In this document: one piece after another, positions 39,871-49,880 of the stretch
Layout of the letters: each line of letters begins with the position of its first letter
Position numbering within the stretch: position 1 is the stretch's first letter
Program-made: the position numbers and the translations under genes
The notes under the pieces: model-generated
The model's database searches: none
Told to the model about the DNA's origin: nothing
Seen by the model: the letters and a program-made list of their open reading frames with translations, nothing else
Source: an uncultured Acidimicrobiales bacterium
GTDB lineage: Bacteria; Actinomycetota; Acidimicrobiia; Acidimicrobiales; UBA10347
Length of the DNA stretch: 64,000 nt
Assembly (NCBI GenBank): GCA_943788915.1
Contig: CALSSD010000005.1
Coordinates: 496,001 to 560,000, forward strand
Reading direction: 5' to 3'

Positions 39871-41550
39871 ATGCAGAGAAGGACATCGATCGAGACCTCG
39901 TTGCGGGGTAGGGCGTTGCTTCCTGACCCGGGTCTCAACAAGGGCACTGCGTTTACCGATGACGAGCGTGCGCTGCTCGGCCTCGTTGGGCTCCTGCCCG
40001 ACAGCGTCGAGACACTCGACCAACAACTCGTGCGCACCCTCGGCGAGTTCAACCGGCTGCATGACGACCTGGAACGCCACGTGTACCTGCGGCAACTTCA
40101 GGATCACAACGAAGGGCTCTTTTACCGTTTTGCCCGCGACCACCTTCGACTAACGCTGCCGATCATCTACACACCCACCGTAGGTCTCGCCACCCAGCAG
40201 TTCAGTCAGATATATCGACGGTCATAGGGGCTGTTTCTCTTATACAGGAACCGAGATTCGATAGCCGCACAGCTCGCTGCAATCGACCACGACGTTGATG
40301 TCGCGGTGGTGACCGACGGCGAGCGCATTCTGGGGCTCGCCGACCAGGGCGTCGGGGGTATTGCGATACCGAATGGGAAACTTACGCTGTACTCCGCGTT
40401 CGGGGGTATCGCCCCGACTCGCACCCTTCCCATCGTGCTCGACGTAGGCACCAACAATGCCGAGAAACTGAATAGCCCTGAGTATCTGGGATGGCGACAC
40501 GACCGTATTTCCGGGAAGGCATACGACGACTTCGTGGAGCAGTTTGTCGATGCGCTTATTCGCCGATTCCCCGGAATTCTGTTGCAGTGGGAGGACTTCG
40601 CCCAACACAACGCAACCCGGCTCATGCATCGATACCGGGATCGGCTGCTGAGCTTCAACGATGACATCGAAGGAACAGCAGCGGTTGCGCTTGCCGCCAT
40701 GTGGTCTGCTGTTGCTGGCACCGGCCGTTCGATCGCCGATCAGGTGTTTTGTATCGTCGGCGCTGGTTCGGCGGGCACAGGTATTGCCCGCATGCTGGTT
40801 ACCGCCCTTGCAGATGCTGGTGTAGGACAACCTCTCGAACGCATCTATCTCGTCGATCGCAACGGGCTCGTCCAAGACGACCGCGACAACCTCAAGGCTC
40901 ATCAAGTCGACGTCGCCCATCCGCATGCCCACGTGCCTGCGGAGCTGATTGCCATTGGCGACCAGCGACCCGCGTTGGCCGACATCGTTGCCGTCTCGGG
41001 CGCAACGGTGCTCGTTGGCGTCTCCGGCCAGGCCGGACTCTTCACCGAGGCAGTGATCACCGCCATGCTCGGGTCTACCGACCGCCCAATCGTCATGCCT
41101 ATGTCGAACCCAACCAGCAAGGTTGAAGCGACACCCACCGACATCATCACCTGGACTAACGGCGCCGCTTTGATCGCTACAGGCAGCCCCTTCGAACCTG
41201 TGGTCCACAACGGGATTACTCACTACATCTCCCAGTCAAACAATGTCTACGTCTTCCCCGGCCTGGGTTTGGGCGCAGTGGCAACCGGCGCCTCCAAGCT
41301 CACTCCCGCCATGTTGATGACGGCAGCCAAGGCGGTGTTCGCCTCCGAAGCAGGAGGGGTAGGCGACGGCCTGCTCCCGCCTCTGGAAGCCGTGCCGGAG
41401 ATGAGCCGTCGGGTAGCGGCCGAAGTTGGTCGCTGTGCCCGCGACGAAGGGCTCACCGACCCGATGACCAACGACGAGATCGATGCGCTGATCGAAGCAA
41501 CTGCGTGGGAACCCCACTACGCGACACTCACTCCTGTCAACCCTCACTGA
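39871..41550 (+). pseudogene. maeA: NAD-dependent malic enzyme interrupted by an in-frame TAG at 40225-40227
   Basis: NKGTAFT, LPIIYTPTVG, VTDGERILG, WEDF, FNDDIEGT, GAGSAGTG, SNPTS, NNVYVFPG. Both halves are in the same frame. Confidence 0.85.
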
Positions 41551-41594
41551 GGGCCCCAAACTGAGGGTGCCACTTTCTGTGACAGGCTCACGAC

Positions 41595-42552
41595 ATGAGA
41601 TCGATGAATCCCAAGGTTCGGAACGCCTACAACGAAGCCGCGGACCTTGTAGGAAACGCGCTGCTAACTCACGTACTTGAGCCGTCCCCACCAGCGGTCA
41701 ACGACGGCGAGTGGTTTGCCGACGACCCGGTGGCGCCTCGAGGTGCACCAGCACTCGTGCCTACCGGAATCCAACGACCCGGCACCACGAGCTGGAGTTC
41801 ATGGCTGGGTGACCGAACGATGGCTTGGTGGGGTTCGTTCGCTTCCCGCTGCACCGGCGTCGCTCGTTGACACCCGGGTCGCGCTCCATCGACTGGCCGC
41901 GTATGTCATTGCTCCCGTGCGCCACCGGGCAAACGGCAAGTTCGGTCTGAGGTGGACACTTGGCGGTTTTGGTACACCATTCTTTGGGGACAACCGACAG
42001 ATCCCGGTCGAAGGATCTCGGCTCGTCGATCAACGGGCCGGGCACGTCACATCAGCGCCGGTGACCACGCTGCAGGCAGCAGCCGACTTTCTCGACACCA
42101 CCATCGACACCGAAACTGCGGCCGAGCACGATTCACCACCCGTCGGGGACGTCAACGAAACGCTCGCCGTCGATCCTGCGGCAGCAAACTTTCTTGGCAA
42201 CTGGTACGGCATGGCCTTCGCGGCCCTTGAGAGTGTTCGAGCCGATGATGCGTCGGTCGATGCCAGCAGGCCGCAACTGTGGCCTGGACATTTCGACCCG
42301 GCTGTTGAAATTGGCGACGAAAACCACCGCGGGAGCTACGGCGCTTCTCCCGGAGACGATGTCATCCCTGAGCCGTACTTGTATGTGAGTGTGTGGTGGC
42401 CAGACCGCGTCAACATCGACGCTGCCGACCCACTATGGAACGCACCATCGTTCACTGGTGCCGTTTTGAAGCTTGCCGACTTCGACGACGGCGACCCCGT
42501 CGACGTCGCTGGTAACTTCTTTGGCTCTATCCGTGATCTGATTGCCCGATGA
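41595..42552 (+). pseudogene. Conserved hypothetical protein (DUF5996-like WPxHFD motif), frameshifted near 41800
   Basis: N-terminal ORF 41595-41870 and C-terminal ORF 41677-42552 (FGTPFF, QLWPGHFD, GASPGD...EPYLYV) overlap in different frames. The stop overlaps the next ATG. Confidence 0.65.
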
Positions 42553-44192
42553 CGTCGCTCAAAACAGTCAGTGCCCCGAATACCCCCGTGACCATCGCAC
42601 ATCTCAGCGACGTCCCTGATCGCTCGCCGGTTGGTGCCCTGGTTGGCACTGTAGATCTGGTAATCGTGCGCACCGATGACGAAATCACTGTGCTCTACGG
42701 CCGATGTCTTCACCGTGGCGCCCTCATGTCCGACGGCCACGTGACCGGCCAGGATCTGATCTGTGGTGTGCATGGCTGGGACTACCGCATTACGACCGGC
42801 ATCTCGGCCTACAACAACGATGAACGGCTGCGAGTGTTCTCGTCGTGGGTGCAAGACGACAACGTCATCGTCGACGCCGACGAGATCGCAGCTTGGGAGC
42901 GTGACAATCCCCAGCCGTATGACCGAGACAGCTACCAGGGCGTGTATCAAGATCATCATGGGACGCCCGAGGAACCACACGTCGGGATCATTCGCCAGCT
43001 CGCCACCGAGGGGTTATCGAAGCTCGGCCACCACGGTCCGGTATCGGCCATGGGTGTCCCTCGTGACCAGCTTCCGAAGTGGGACGACATCCAGATCGTC
43101 ACCGCACAACTGGCGCGGCGGCCGTTGCTCGACGACGTCGAAGTGAGCACGGGGGTAACGATCGGGAGCAACGCCGCGGCACCGCTCGAACTCGACATTC
43201 CTCTCTTCGTGTCCGATATGAGTTTTGGGGCGTTGTCCGAAGAAGCCAAGGTGTCCCTGGCCAAAGGTGCGGAGCTGGCCGGCACGGGAATCTGCTCCGG
43301 CGAAGGAGGCATGTTGCCCGAGGAACAGCAGGCCAACAGTCGTTACTTCTACGAACTGGCCTCGGGGCGGTTCGGCTGGAATATCGACAAGGTCGCAAAG
43401 GTGCAGGCCTTTCACTTCAAGTTCGGCCAGGGAGCAAAGACCGGTACCGGTGGCCATCTTCCCGGCCATAAGGTCACCGGCCGAATCGCAGAAGTACGCA
43501 GCCTGAACGAAGGCGAACCAGCCGTATCCCCAGCCACCTTTCCCAACCTCACCACCATCGAGGACTATCGCGAAGTCGCTGCTGCGGCGCGAGAAACAGG
43601 CCGCGGTATTCCCATTGGGGCCAAGCTGTCCGCCCAACATGTCGAAGCCGACATCGACGCAGCCCTCGACATCGGCGTCGACTACATCATTCTCGATGGC
43701 CGCGGTGGAGGCACGGGTGCTGCACCGACCGTCTTCCGCGATCACATATCGGTGCCGACCATGGCCGCCCTTGCTCGGGCCCGCCATCACCTTGACACCT
43801 CGGATCGAGCCGATGTCACCCTGGTGATTACCGGTGGACTTCGCACCCATACCGACTTCGTCAAGGCGTTGGCACTCGGTGCCGATGCCATTGCGGTATC
43901 GAATTCGGCGATGCAGGCCATTGGTTGCATCGGCATGCGGGCATGCCACACCGACAACTGCCCGGTCGGCATCGCTACCCAGAAGAAGGATCTTCGGCTG
44001 CGACTCATCATCGACGATGCCGCCGCCCGGCTCGCTCGATTCTTCGAAGCAAGCGTCGAACTCATGGCGGTGTTGGCACGGGCCTGCGGACACGACTCAC
44101 TGAGCGGTTTCACTGTCGACGACTTGACCACCTTCGATCGCACCATTGCCGACCTGGCTGGCGTTCCGTGGGGCGGCGTCCCCCGCCGCTGA
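42549..44192 (+). CDS. Rieske 2Fe-2S domain fused to FMN-binding glutamate synthase family domain
   Basis: CLHRG...CGVHGW (Rieske); SDMSFGALS, SGEGG, GQGAKTGTGGHLP, DGRGGGTGAAP, CIGMRACHTDNCPVGIATQ. Confidence 0.92.
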   Translation: MTSLKTVSAPNTPVTIAHLSDVPDRSPVGALVGTVDLVIVRTDDEITVLYGRCLHRGALMSDGHVTGQDLICGVHGWDYRITTGISAYNNDERLRVFSSWVQDDNVIVDADEIAAWERDNPQPYDRDSYQGVYQDHHGTPEEPHVGIIRQLATEGLSKLGHHGPVSAMGVPRDQLPKWDDIQIVTAQLARRPLLDDVEVSTGVTIGSNAAAPLELDIPLFVSDMSFGALSEEAKVSLAKGAELAGTGICSGEGGMLPEEQQANSRYFYELASGRFGWNIDKVAKVQAFHFKFGQGAKTGTGGHLPGHKVTGRIAEVRSLNEGEPAVSPATFPNLTTIEDYREVAAAARETGRGIPIGAKLSAQHVEADIDAALDIGVDYIILDGRGGGTGAAPTVFRDHISVPTMAALARARHHLDTSDRADVTLVITGGLRTHTDFVKALALGADAIAVSNSAMQAIGCIGMRACHTDNCPVGIATQKKDLRLRLIIDDAAARLARFFEASVELMAVLARACGHDSLSGFTVDDLTTFDRTIADLAGVPWGGVPRR

Positions 44193-44202
44193 AGGCCCTG
44201 TT

Positions 44203-44805
44203 GTGAAACAAACGGTGGTGACATCAACACGTTATGAAGGCGACCCAGTCAAAGGTTCGCGTTTCATCGTCGACATCGTTTCGGTGACGAACGAGTCCGA
44301 GGCCCGACAGACCCTGGCTTCGGTCGCCGGCGAATTCCCCGACGCATCACATCACTGCTGGGCATGGCGGATCGCCCTGCCAGCGATCGAACGAGCAAGC
44401 GACGATGGCGAACCAAGCGGCTCTGCAGGCAGGCCGATCCTGGCCCAACTGGTTGGCCGCGACCTGGTTGACACCGCGGCCATCGTGACTCGTTACTTCG
44501 GCGGCACAAAACTTGGTGTTGGCGGACTGGTGCGCGCCTATGGCGGCGCCGTCGGCCATGCACTCGACGGGTTACGCCTTGTGCCGTGGATCACAATGAC
44601 CGAACTCTGCTTCGACCACGACTTCGCACATACCGACGCGATCGAACGTCTTGTGCACGAGGCCGCAGGCACCATTCTGGATCGTTCGTTCACCACGTCG
44701 GTTTCATTGCAGATCCGACTACCTGATGCGGCCATTGCCGATTTCGCCAGTGCGATCGCTGACCTCACCGCCGGGGCGATCGTGCTTGAGAACAACGACT
44801 GTTGA
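44203..44805 (+). CDS. yigZ: YigZ / IMPACT family protein
   Basis: KGSRF, ASHHCWAW, DDGEPSGSAG.P, VTRYFGGTKLG.GGLVRAY. Confidence 0.92.
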   Translation: MKQTVVTSTRYEGDPVKGSRFIVDIVSVTNESEARQTLASVAGEFPDASHHCWAWRIALPAIERASDDGEPSGSAGRPILAQLVGRDLVDTAAIVTRYFGGTKLGVGGLVRAYGGAVGHALDGLRLVPWITMTELCFDHDFAHTDAIERLVHEAAGTILDRSFTTSVSLQIRLPDAAIADFASAIADLTAGAIVLENNDC

Positions 44806-44807
44806 TC

Positions 44808-45695
44808 TCAGGGAGCGACGTTGCCCACGTCGAGCCAGTACCCACCGGTGTCGAGGTGTTTGACATGCCCCGCGGTTGGTGTTGCGAAATGTGTGCCGAT
44901 GAACAAGACATCAGAGTCGACGTACTTGGCAAGCAGACCCTCGCGTGTCGCCTGGCCCGCTGCCTGGTCGGAGTCAGCGCTACTGCACCAATCCAGCCGC
45001 GTCATCTGACACGGGTGATGGATGCAATCACCGGTAATGAGGGCTTCGGCATCGTTCGACGTGAGATGAATACTGCAGTGGCCGGGGGTGTGACCGGGTG
45101 TGGGTTCGAGCTGCACCCCGGGACACACCACATGTTCCCAATCGACAAGATCGACAAGGCCTGCATCAACGACTGGTTGCACCGAATCGCCGAGTACGTC
45201 GCCGTAGCCGTCGTCGGTGGCATCACCATCGTTCATCCAGTAGTTGAACTCTTTCTCTGCCAATAAATACCGGGCGTTTGGGAAGGTCGGTACCCATTCA
45301 CCGTCGACGAGCATGGTGTTCCACCCCACATGATCGACATGAAGGTGGGTGCACAGAACAGTGTCGATCGACTCGCGGGGATAGCCGGCCGCCTCCAAGT
45401 CTTGGAGGAAGTCCGTCTGCAGGTTGGTCCAGCTGGGGACACTGCGTTGTTTGTCGTTACCTATGCACGTATCCACGATGATGCGTTGCTCACCGGTATC
45501 GATGACAAGAGCGTGGATGCTCATGATGAGCCGACCATCGTCGTCCATGAAGTGGGGTTGCAGCCACGAGATTTCGCTCGCTGCCTCGCGGGTGGCATCG
45601 GGCAGGATGAATTTGGTCCCACCTGCCACCTCCATCTCCACGATGCGCGACACGGTGAAATCACCAATCTGCCAGGTATTCATCAAACCGGTCAT
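44808..45695 (-). CDS. MBL-fold metallo-hydrolase
   Basis: THLHVDHVGWN, PGHTPGH, TGDCIHHP, GTHF. Confidence 0.92.
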   Translation of the reverse strand: MTGLMNTWQIGDFTVSRIVEMEVAGGTKFILPDATREAASEISWLQPHFMDDDGRLIMSIHALVIDTGEQRIIVDTCIGNDKQRSVPSWTNLQTDFLQDLEAAGYPRESIDTVLCTHLHVDHVGWNTMLVDGEWVPTFPNARYLLAEKEFNYWMNDGDATDDGYGDVLGDSVQPVVDAGLVDLVDWEHVVCPGVQLEPTPGHTPGHCSIHLTSNDAEALITGDCIHHPCQMTRLDWCSSADSDQAAGQATREGLLAKYVDSDVLFIGTHFATPTAGHVKHLDTGGYWLDVGNVAP

Positions 45696-45708
45696 CTTGT
45701 GTTCCTAC

Positions 45709-46626
45709 TCAGCCGATATTCGGCACGACGTCGGTCATGAATGCCTGCATGGCCTCGAGCCGTGCGCCAGGACCCCCTGGCGCTGTGATGTCGACCAACA
45801 CATGGTCGACGCCAATGCTGTTCCATTGCGACATGCTGTCGATCATCTGTTGGGTGTCGCCTGCGATGGACAACGCTGGTCTCATGTTCGAGGCCGGGTC
45901 GAGATACAGCCGCACGGACAACTCCATGTCGTCCACGTTTCGGCCAGCTTCGACGGTCAATTCCTGGACACGTTGCCATTCTTCGGCGACGCGATCGATC
46001 GGCTCAAACGCTGCATGGAAACAATCGCCGAAACGGGCAGTCCGCCGATAGGCAGGCTCAGACGCGCCGCCGATCCATACCGGCACGTGGTCTTGCACTG
46101 GTTTGGGCTCGAATTTGATTTCGGGAAACGAGTAGAACTCGCCGTCATAACTCGGTGTGTCATGGGTGAAGAGTGCATCGAAGATCTCGAGTTGTTCGTC
46201 GGCCCGTTTGCCCCGGTTGTCATACGGCATTCCGAGCACTTCGAACTCTTCTCGCATCCAGCCGATGCCTGCGCCCAGGATCGCTCGGCCCTCGGACAAC
46301 ACGTCGAGTGTGGCGATGAGTTTGGCGGTCTGTACCGGCGGCCGATACCCCATGATCAAGACGGTCTGGCCGAGTTTCATCTTCTCGGTAATGGCTGCGA
46401 CAAACAGCAGCGTGCCAATCGGGTCAAGCCACGCCATCGAGTTTGGGGCGGGGAAACTACCGTCGTCGGTGTAGGGGTACTTCGACGAGATATCGGTCGG
46501 CCAGGCAATATGGTCGCTGACCCAGCCCGAGTGAACACCGAGACGTTCTGCCTCGGCACAGAATTCTTTGAGTGCGCTGCGGGTTGCGCCTCGGCCTAGC
46601 TGCGGTAGGTGAACACCGATGTCCAT
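45709..46626 (-). CDS. LLM-class, probably F420-dependent oxidoreductase
   Basis: WVSDHI, YPY, DPIGTL, ATLDVLSEGR, GIGWMREEF, PKPVQ. Confidence 0.9.
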   Translation of the reverse strand: MDIGVHLPQLGRGATRSALKEFCAEAERLGVHSGWVSDHIAWPTDISSKYPYTDDGSFPAPNSMAWLDPIGTLLFVAAITEKMKLGQTVLIMGYRPPVQTAKLIATLDVLSEGRAILGAGIGWMREEFEVLGMPYDNRGKRADEQLEIFDALFTHDTPSYDGEFYSFPEIKFEPKPVQDHVPVWIGGASEPAYRRTARFGDCFHAAFEPIDRVAEEWQRVQELTVEAGRNVDDMELSVRLYLDPASNMRPALSIAGDTQQMIDSMSQWNSIGVDHVLVDITAPGGPGARLEAMQAFMTDVVPNIG

Positions 46627-47456
46627 TAGCGGCCCTCGAATTCTGGTTCGCGCTTCTCGACAAACGCTTTCGACGCTTCGAGGTGATCAGCGGTCGTTCC
46701 GGTGTGGCGATGATGGGTTGCTTCGAGCTCGAGTGTGGTTGCGAGATCACCGGTGACTGCCCGGTTGATGTTCTCTTTCATGTACCGGTATGCAATTGGC
46801 GGACCAGACGCCAGTCGAGTGGCCGTCGCTTGCCACTCGGTTTCGAACGTGTCAGCCGACGCGGTCCAGTTCACGATGCCCAAGTCAAGGGCGGTGGCCA
46901 TATCAAGTCGCTCGGGTAGGAAATACATCTCTTTGGCTTTTGCCGGGCCGACGAGTTGGGTCAGAAACCAGGTCCCGCCGTAATCCCCGGCGAGCCCGAC
47001 TCGTGCGAACGCGGTTGTCATAACCGCGCTATCGAGCGCAATACGCATGTCACATGCCAGCGCCAGCGATAAGCCCGCACCCGCAGCCGCGCCACCGATG
47101 GCAGCCAACGTTGGTTTGGGCATGGAGAACAACGCGCCGGCGGTTTCCCGATGACTCAGGCGCTGCTGGTGCACGCCTTCGTCCCAACTCGTGCCAGCAG
47201 TTGACCCGGCACCGCCACCTTCGGCAAACCCCTTCACATCACCACCCGCGCAGAACGCGCCGCCAGCGCCGGTGAGCACAACGCAGCGCACATCCGCGGC
47301 GGTCTCAACATCACGTAACGCTATGGCCAGGCCGTCGAGCATGTCGTCGGTCATCGCGTTGCGGCGCTCGGGACGGTTCATCGTCAGCACGGCAACGCCG
47401 TGGTCATCGACCTCGGCCGTAAGCGTGTCTGTGCCTGTATCGATACTTCTGGCCAT
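46626..47456 (-). CDS. Enoyl-CoA hydratase/isomerase family protein
   Basis: NRPERRNA, FCAGGDV, AAGAGLSLALACD, FARVGLAGDYG, AFVEKREPEFEG. Confidence 0.92.
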   Translation of the reverse strand: MARSIDTGTDTLTAEVDDHGVAVLTMNRPERRNAMTDDMLDGLAIALRDVETAADVRCVVLTGAGGAFCAGGDVKGFAEGGGAGSTAGTSWDEGVHQQRLSHRETAGALFSMPKPTLAAIGGAAAGAGLSLALACDMRIALDSAVMTTAFARVGLAGDYGGTWFLTQLVGPAKAKEMYFLPERLDMATALDLGIVNWTASADTFETEWQATATRLASGPPIAYRYMKENINRAVTGDLATTLELEATHHRHTGTTADHLEASKAFVEKREPEFEGR

Positions 47457-47583
47457 CTGCTTCTCCCCTTGTGTTCTGAGAGAAGCCTGGCATCCGCGCT
47501 AGTCCGGAACGAAAACGGCGACTGAAAACCATCAAACCCCACTCGAGAACGCACGGGTATCGATGTTGCAGTATTCGGGAGTG

Positions 47584-47718
47584 GCTAGTTGAACGTGCGC
47601 CAACTGCGCTGAGCAGTCCGAGCACGATCAGCAGTCCGGTTTCAGAACCGGTGCTGGGCACGTCTGCTGGTTCCTCTTCGACTGGTTCTTCATCATCGGT
47701 CTCCTGGGTGGTCGGAAC
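47584..47718 (-). pseudogene. Remnant C-terminus of an LPxTG-like (VPSTG) wall-anchored protein
   Basis: Reads VPTTQETDDEEPVEEEPADVPSTGSETGLLIVLGLLSAVGARS: acidic linker, sortase-like motif and hydrophobic segment, with no N-terminal part or start. Confidence 0.5.
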
Positions 47719-47793
47719 CCTCGAAGCTGATCCGTTCGGTACCCTGCGCCGCTGTTTGGGCTGCGCTGTCAGCGTGAGAAACGTGTTCCGGAT

Positions 47794-49017
47794 CTAACGG
47801 GGAAACCCGCTTGGATCCGAGCGTTCGACAGCAGCCTGTGTTTCGGCCTTTTCCTTGATTCCCTTGATGACACGTTGCATGTTCTGCTGGTGTTCTCGCT
47901 GGCGACCAGCGACGATCCGAGCCTCTTTGTCGGGCATCGCTTCGATCGCCGGGGTCAGTCCTGAGCGGCCGGGGCCGAGCCGCACGTGGTACCGCAGTCG
48001 GCTCCCTCCAGGAACCTTCTCGACGGTGAATCGCCACTGAGCGGCGGGCGCCTCGAGGTCGGCCACGCTCCAGGCGAACTCGCGTGGCGGATCCCACACG
48101 GTCACGTGAGAGGTGGTGGACCATTCTCCGACCTGGGGGTGTTTGTTGTGTCCGGTGAAGGTCGATCCCACACCAGAATCACCGTCGGGATCGTCCCATT
48201 CACCGCCCTGGAACTCTTCGCTGAACTCGGCTGACAGATTCACATCACTCACGAACTCCCACACGATTTCGGGCCGAGCCTTGATATCGATCTCGACCAA
48301 CTGGCCGGGACCGTCGACGATCGATCGAGGTTCGCTTCGTCCTTCGGCAAGGGTGCGTCCGTATCGATCGAAGTAGGTGATGTCGCGGGCCGGATACCGA
48401 CGGCTTGTGGCCTTGAAGTCGGTGCCGACGGTGTACGCAACCGGGAACAGACAGATCTGGGTGACTTCATCGGGTAAATCGAGCAGCTCGGCAACAGCAT
48501 CGGCCTCGTTGAGATACATCGTGGTCCACACCGTGCCCAGGCCCCGAGCCCGTAACGCAACCATAAAACTCCACGCCGACTGGATGACCGAGTCGAACAA
48601 GCCTGGGCGACCACTTCCATCATGGCGGCCGATGACCGTCGGAATGACCAGTGCCGGGGCTCGAGAGATGTTCTCGCCAAGATGTTTCGCGCCCTGCATC
48701 AACGCCTCGTTCTGGTGACCGGTTCCCTTCAGCCGGTCGGCTGCTTGAATGACCCAGTCGACACCAGCCGATAGATACAGCTCAGCCATGCGGTCCTTGG
48801 TGTCCTGATCGCGGATGACAATCCACCGACGGCTGCCGTTATTGCCGCCGGTCGGCGCTTGTTCCGCAACATCGATGCAATCCAAGATCGTCTGGTCATC
48901 AACATCGCGTTCGAAGTCGAGCCGACGACGAACGCCTCGAGTTGTCATCAACGCGTGATCTACGAGCGAGTGATATTGCTCTGTGCCCGGTTCGAACTCT
49001 GGTGTAGGTGCAGCCAT
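47794..49017 (-). CDS. Nitroreductase family domain fused to SRPBCC domain
   Basis: TTRGVRRRLDF, QAPTGGN, SAWSFMVALRARGLG; then VEIDIKARPEIVWEFVSD..SEEFQG..W, GSTFTGHN, REFAW. Confidence 0.85.
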   Translation of the reverse strand: MAAPTPEFEPGTEQYHSLVDHALMTTRGVRRRLDFERDVDDQTILDCIDVAEQAPTGGNNGSRRWIVIRDQDTKDRMAELYLSAGVDWVIQAADRLKGTGHQNEALMQGAKHLGENISRAPALVIPTVIGRHDGSGRPGLFDSVIQSAWSFMVALRARGLGTVWTTMYLNEADAVAELLDLPDEVTQICLFPVAYTVGTDFKATSRRYPARDITYFDRYGRTLAEGRSEPRSIVDGPGQLVEIDIKARPEIVWEFVSDVNLSAEFSEEFQGGEWDDPDGDSGVGSTFTGHNKHPQVGEWSTTSHVTVWDPPREFAWSVADLEAPAAQWRFTVEKVPGGSRLRYHVRLGPGRSGLTPAIEAMPDKEARIVAGRQREHQQNMQRVIKGIKEKAETQAAVERSDPSGFPR

Positions 49018-49073
49018 ACTCCATACTGCGCGCCAGTTTCCCGGCTGACAAATCCATTCACATGTTGGTGCAG

Positions 49074-49691
49074 TCAGCTGGGGTTTCGAGCAACACCAGC
49101 GGTGAAATACGAGACCGCCTTGGGACGGCCAACGTACGACGCCTCGGTCCATTCGATCGTGAAACCAGCATCGGCGATCAGCTCGGTGATCGGCCGATTC
49201 AGGTGGCAACCATCGGCGACTCGCTTTTGCAGTGGTGTCGCCCGGTCCTGCCATTTCTTGACGTTGGCATCGGGCGAGGCGCCGTGCTCCACAAAGTGAA
49301 GCGTGCCACCGGGACGAATGACACGACGGAGTTCAGCAAGCGCCGCAGCAGCATCAGGGATCGTGCACAGGGTGAAGGTAAGAACGCCTGCGTCACAGCT
49401 GTGATCATCGAGCGGTAGACGCTCGCCGTCGAGCCCAACGAACGCAACCTCGATCGATGACGCGGCAACACGACCCGCTGCCAACTTTTGCCCGACCACC
49501 GCCGGGTCGACTGCGTAGACACGGGTGACTTCCTCGGGCATATGCACGATATTCAGGCCGCTACCGAAGCCGGGTTCGACGACAACACCTTCGATGCCCC
49601 GCAAACACTTCTTACGCCATGCACTGACGTCGTCGGTGCCGAGTGTCAGATCGATGAGCCGCGGGAGCAGCTGGTTTCGCCAAAGGGCCAT
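49074..49691 (-). CDS. Class I SAM-dependent methyltransferase
   Basis: VEPGFGSGLN, AVDP, FTLCTIPD, RRVIRPGG, FVEHG, GCHLNR. Confidence 0.9.
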   Translation of the reverse strand: MALWRNQLLPRLIDLTLGTDDVSAWRKKCLRGIEGVVVEPGFGSGLNIVHMPEEVTRVYAVDPAVVGQKLAAGRVAASSIEVAFVGLDGERLPLDDHSCDAGVLTFTLCTIPDAAAALAELRRVIRPGGTLHFVEHGASPDANVKKWQDRATPLQKRVADGCHLNRPITELIADAGFTIEWTEASYVGRPKAVSYFTAGVARNPS

Positions 49692-49856
49692 CGCCTCAGT
49701 ATGACGGGCAGATCAGTATGGCTGGCAGATCCATATGACCGGCGCCAGAAGTTTGTAGGACAGAAGTGTTGTCAGCCCGGAATCAGCCCGGACCCACAGC
49801 CTGGCCCAATCAGCCCGGAAACCTTGCTCGGCGCCGTCACGACCGACAACGCGACC

Positions 49857-49880
49857 GCTAATACACCGGCTAATACACCT
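49857..49880. repeat. 12-bp tandem duplication containing the stop codon of the queuosine salvage gene
   Basis: GCTAATACACCG GCTAATACACCT. Confidence 0.8.

Noticed and set aside
40225..47796. Genome-wide amber (TAG) recoding or pyrrolysine use, suggested by two TAGs followed by coding-like sequence
   Set aside because: Many genes here end at TAG at their expected C-termini (e.g. 6450, 15217, 18989, 49870), and no pyl genes are in the window.
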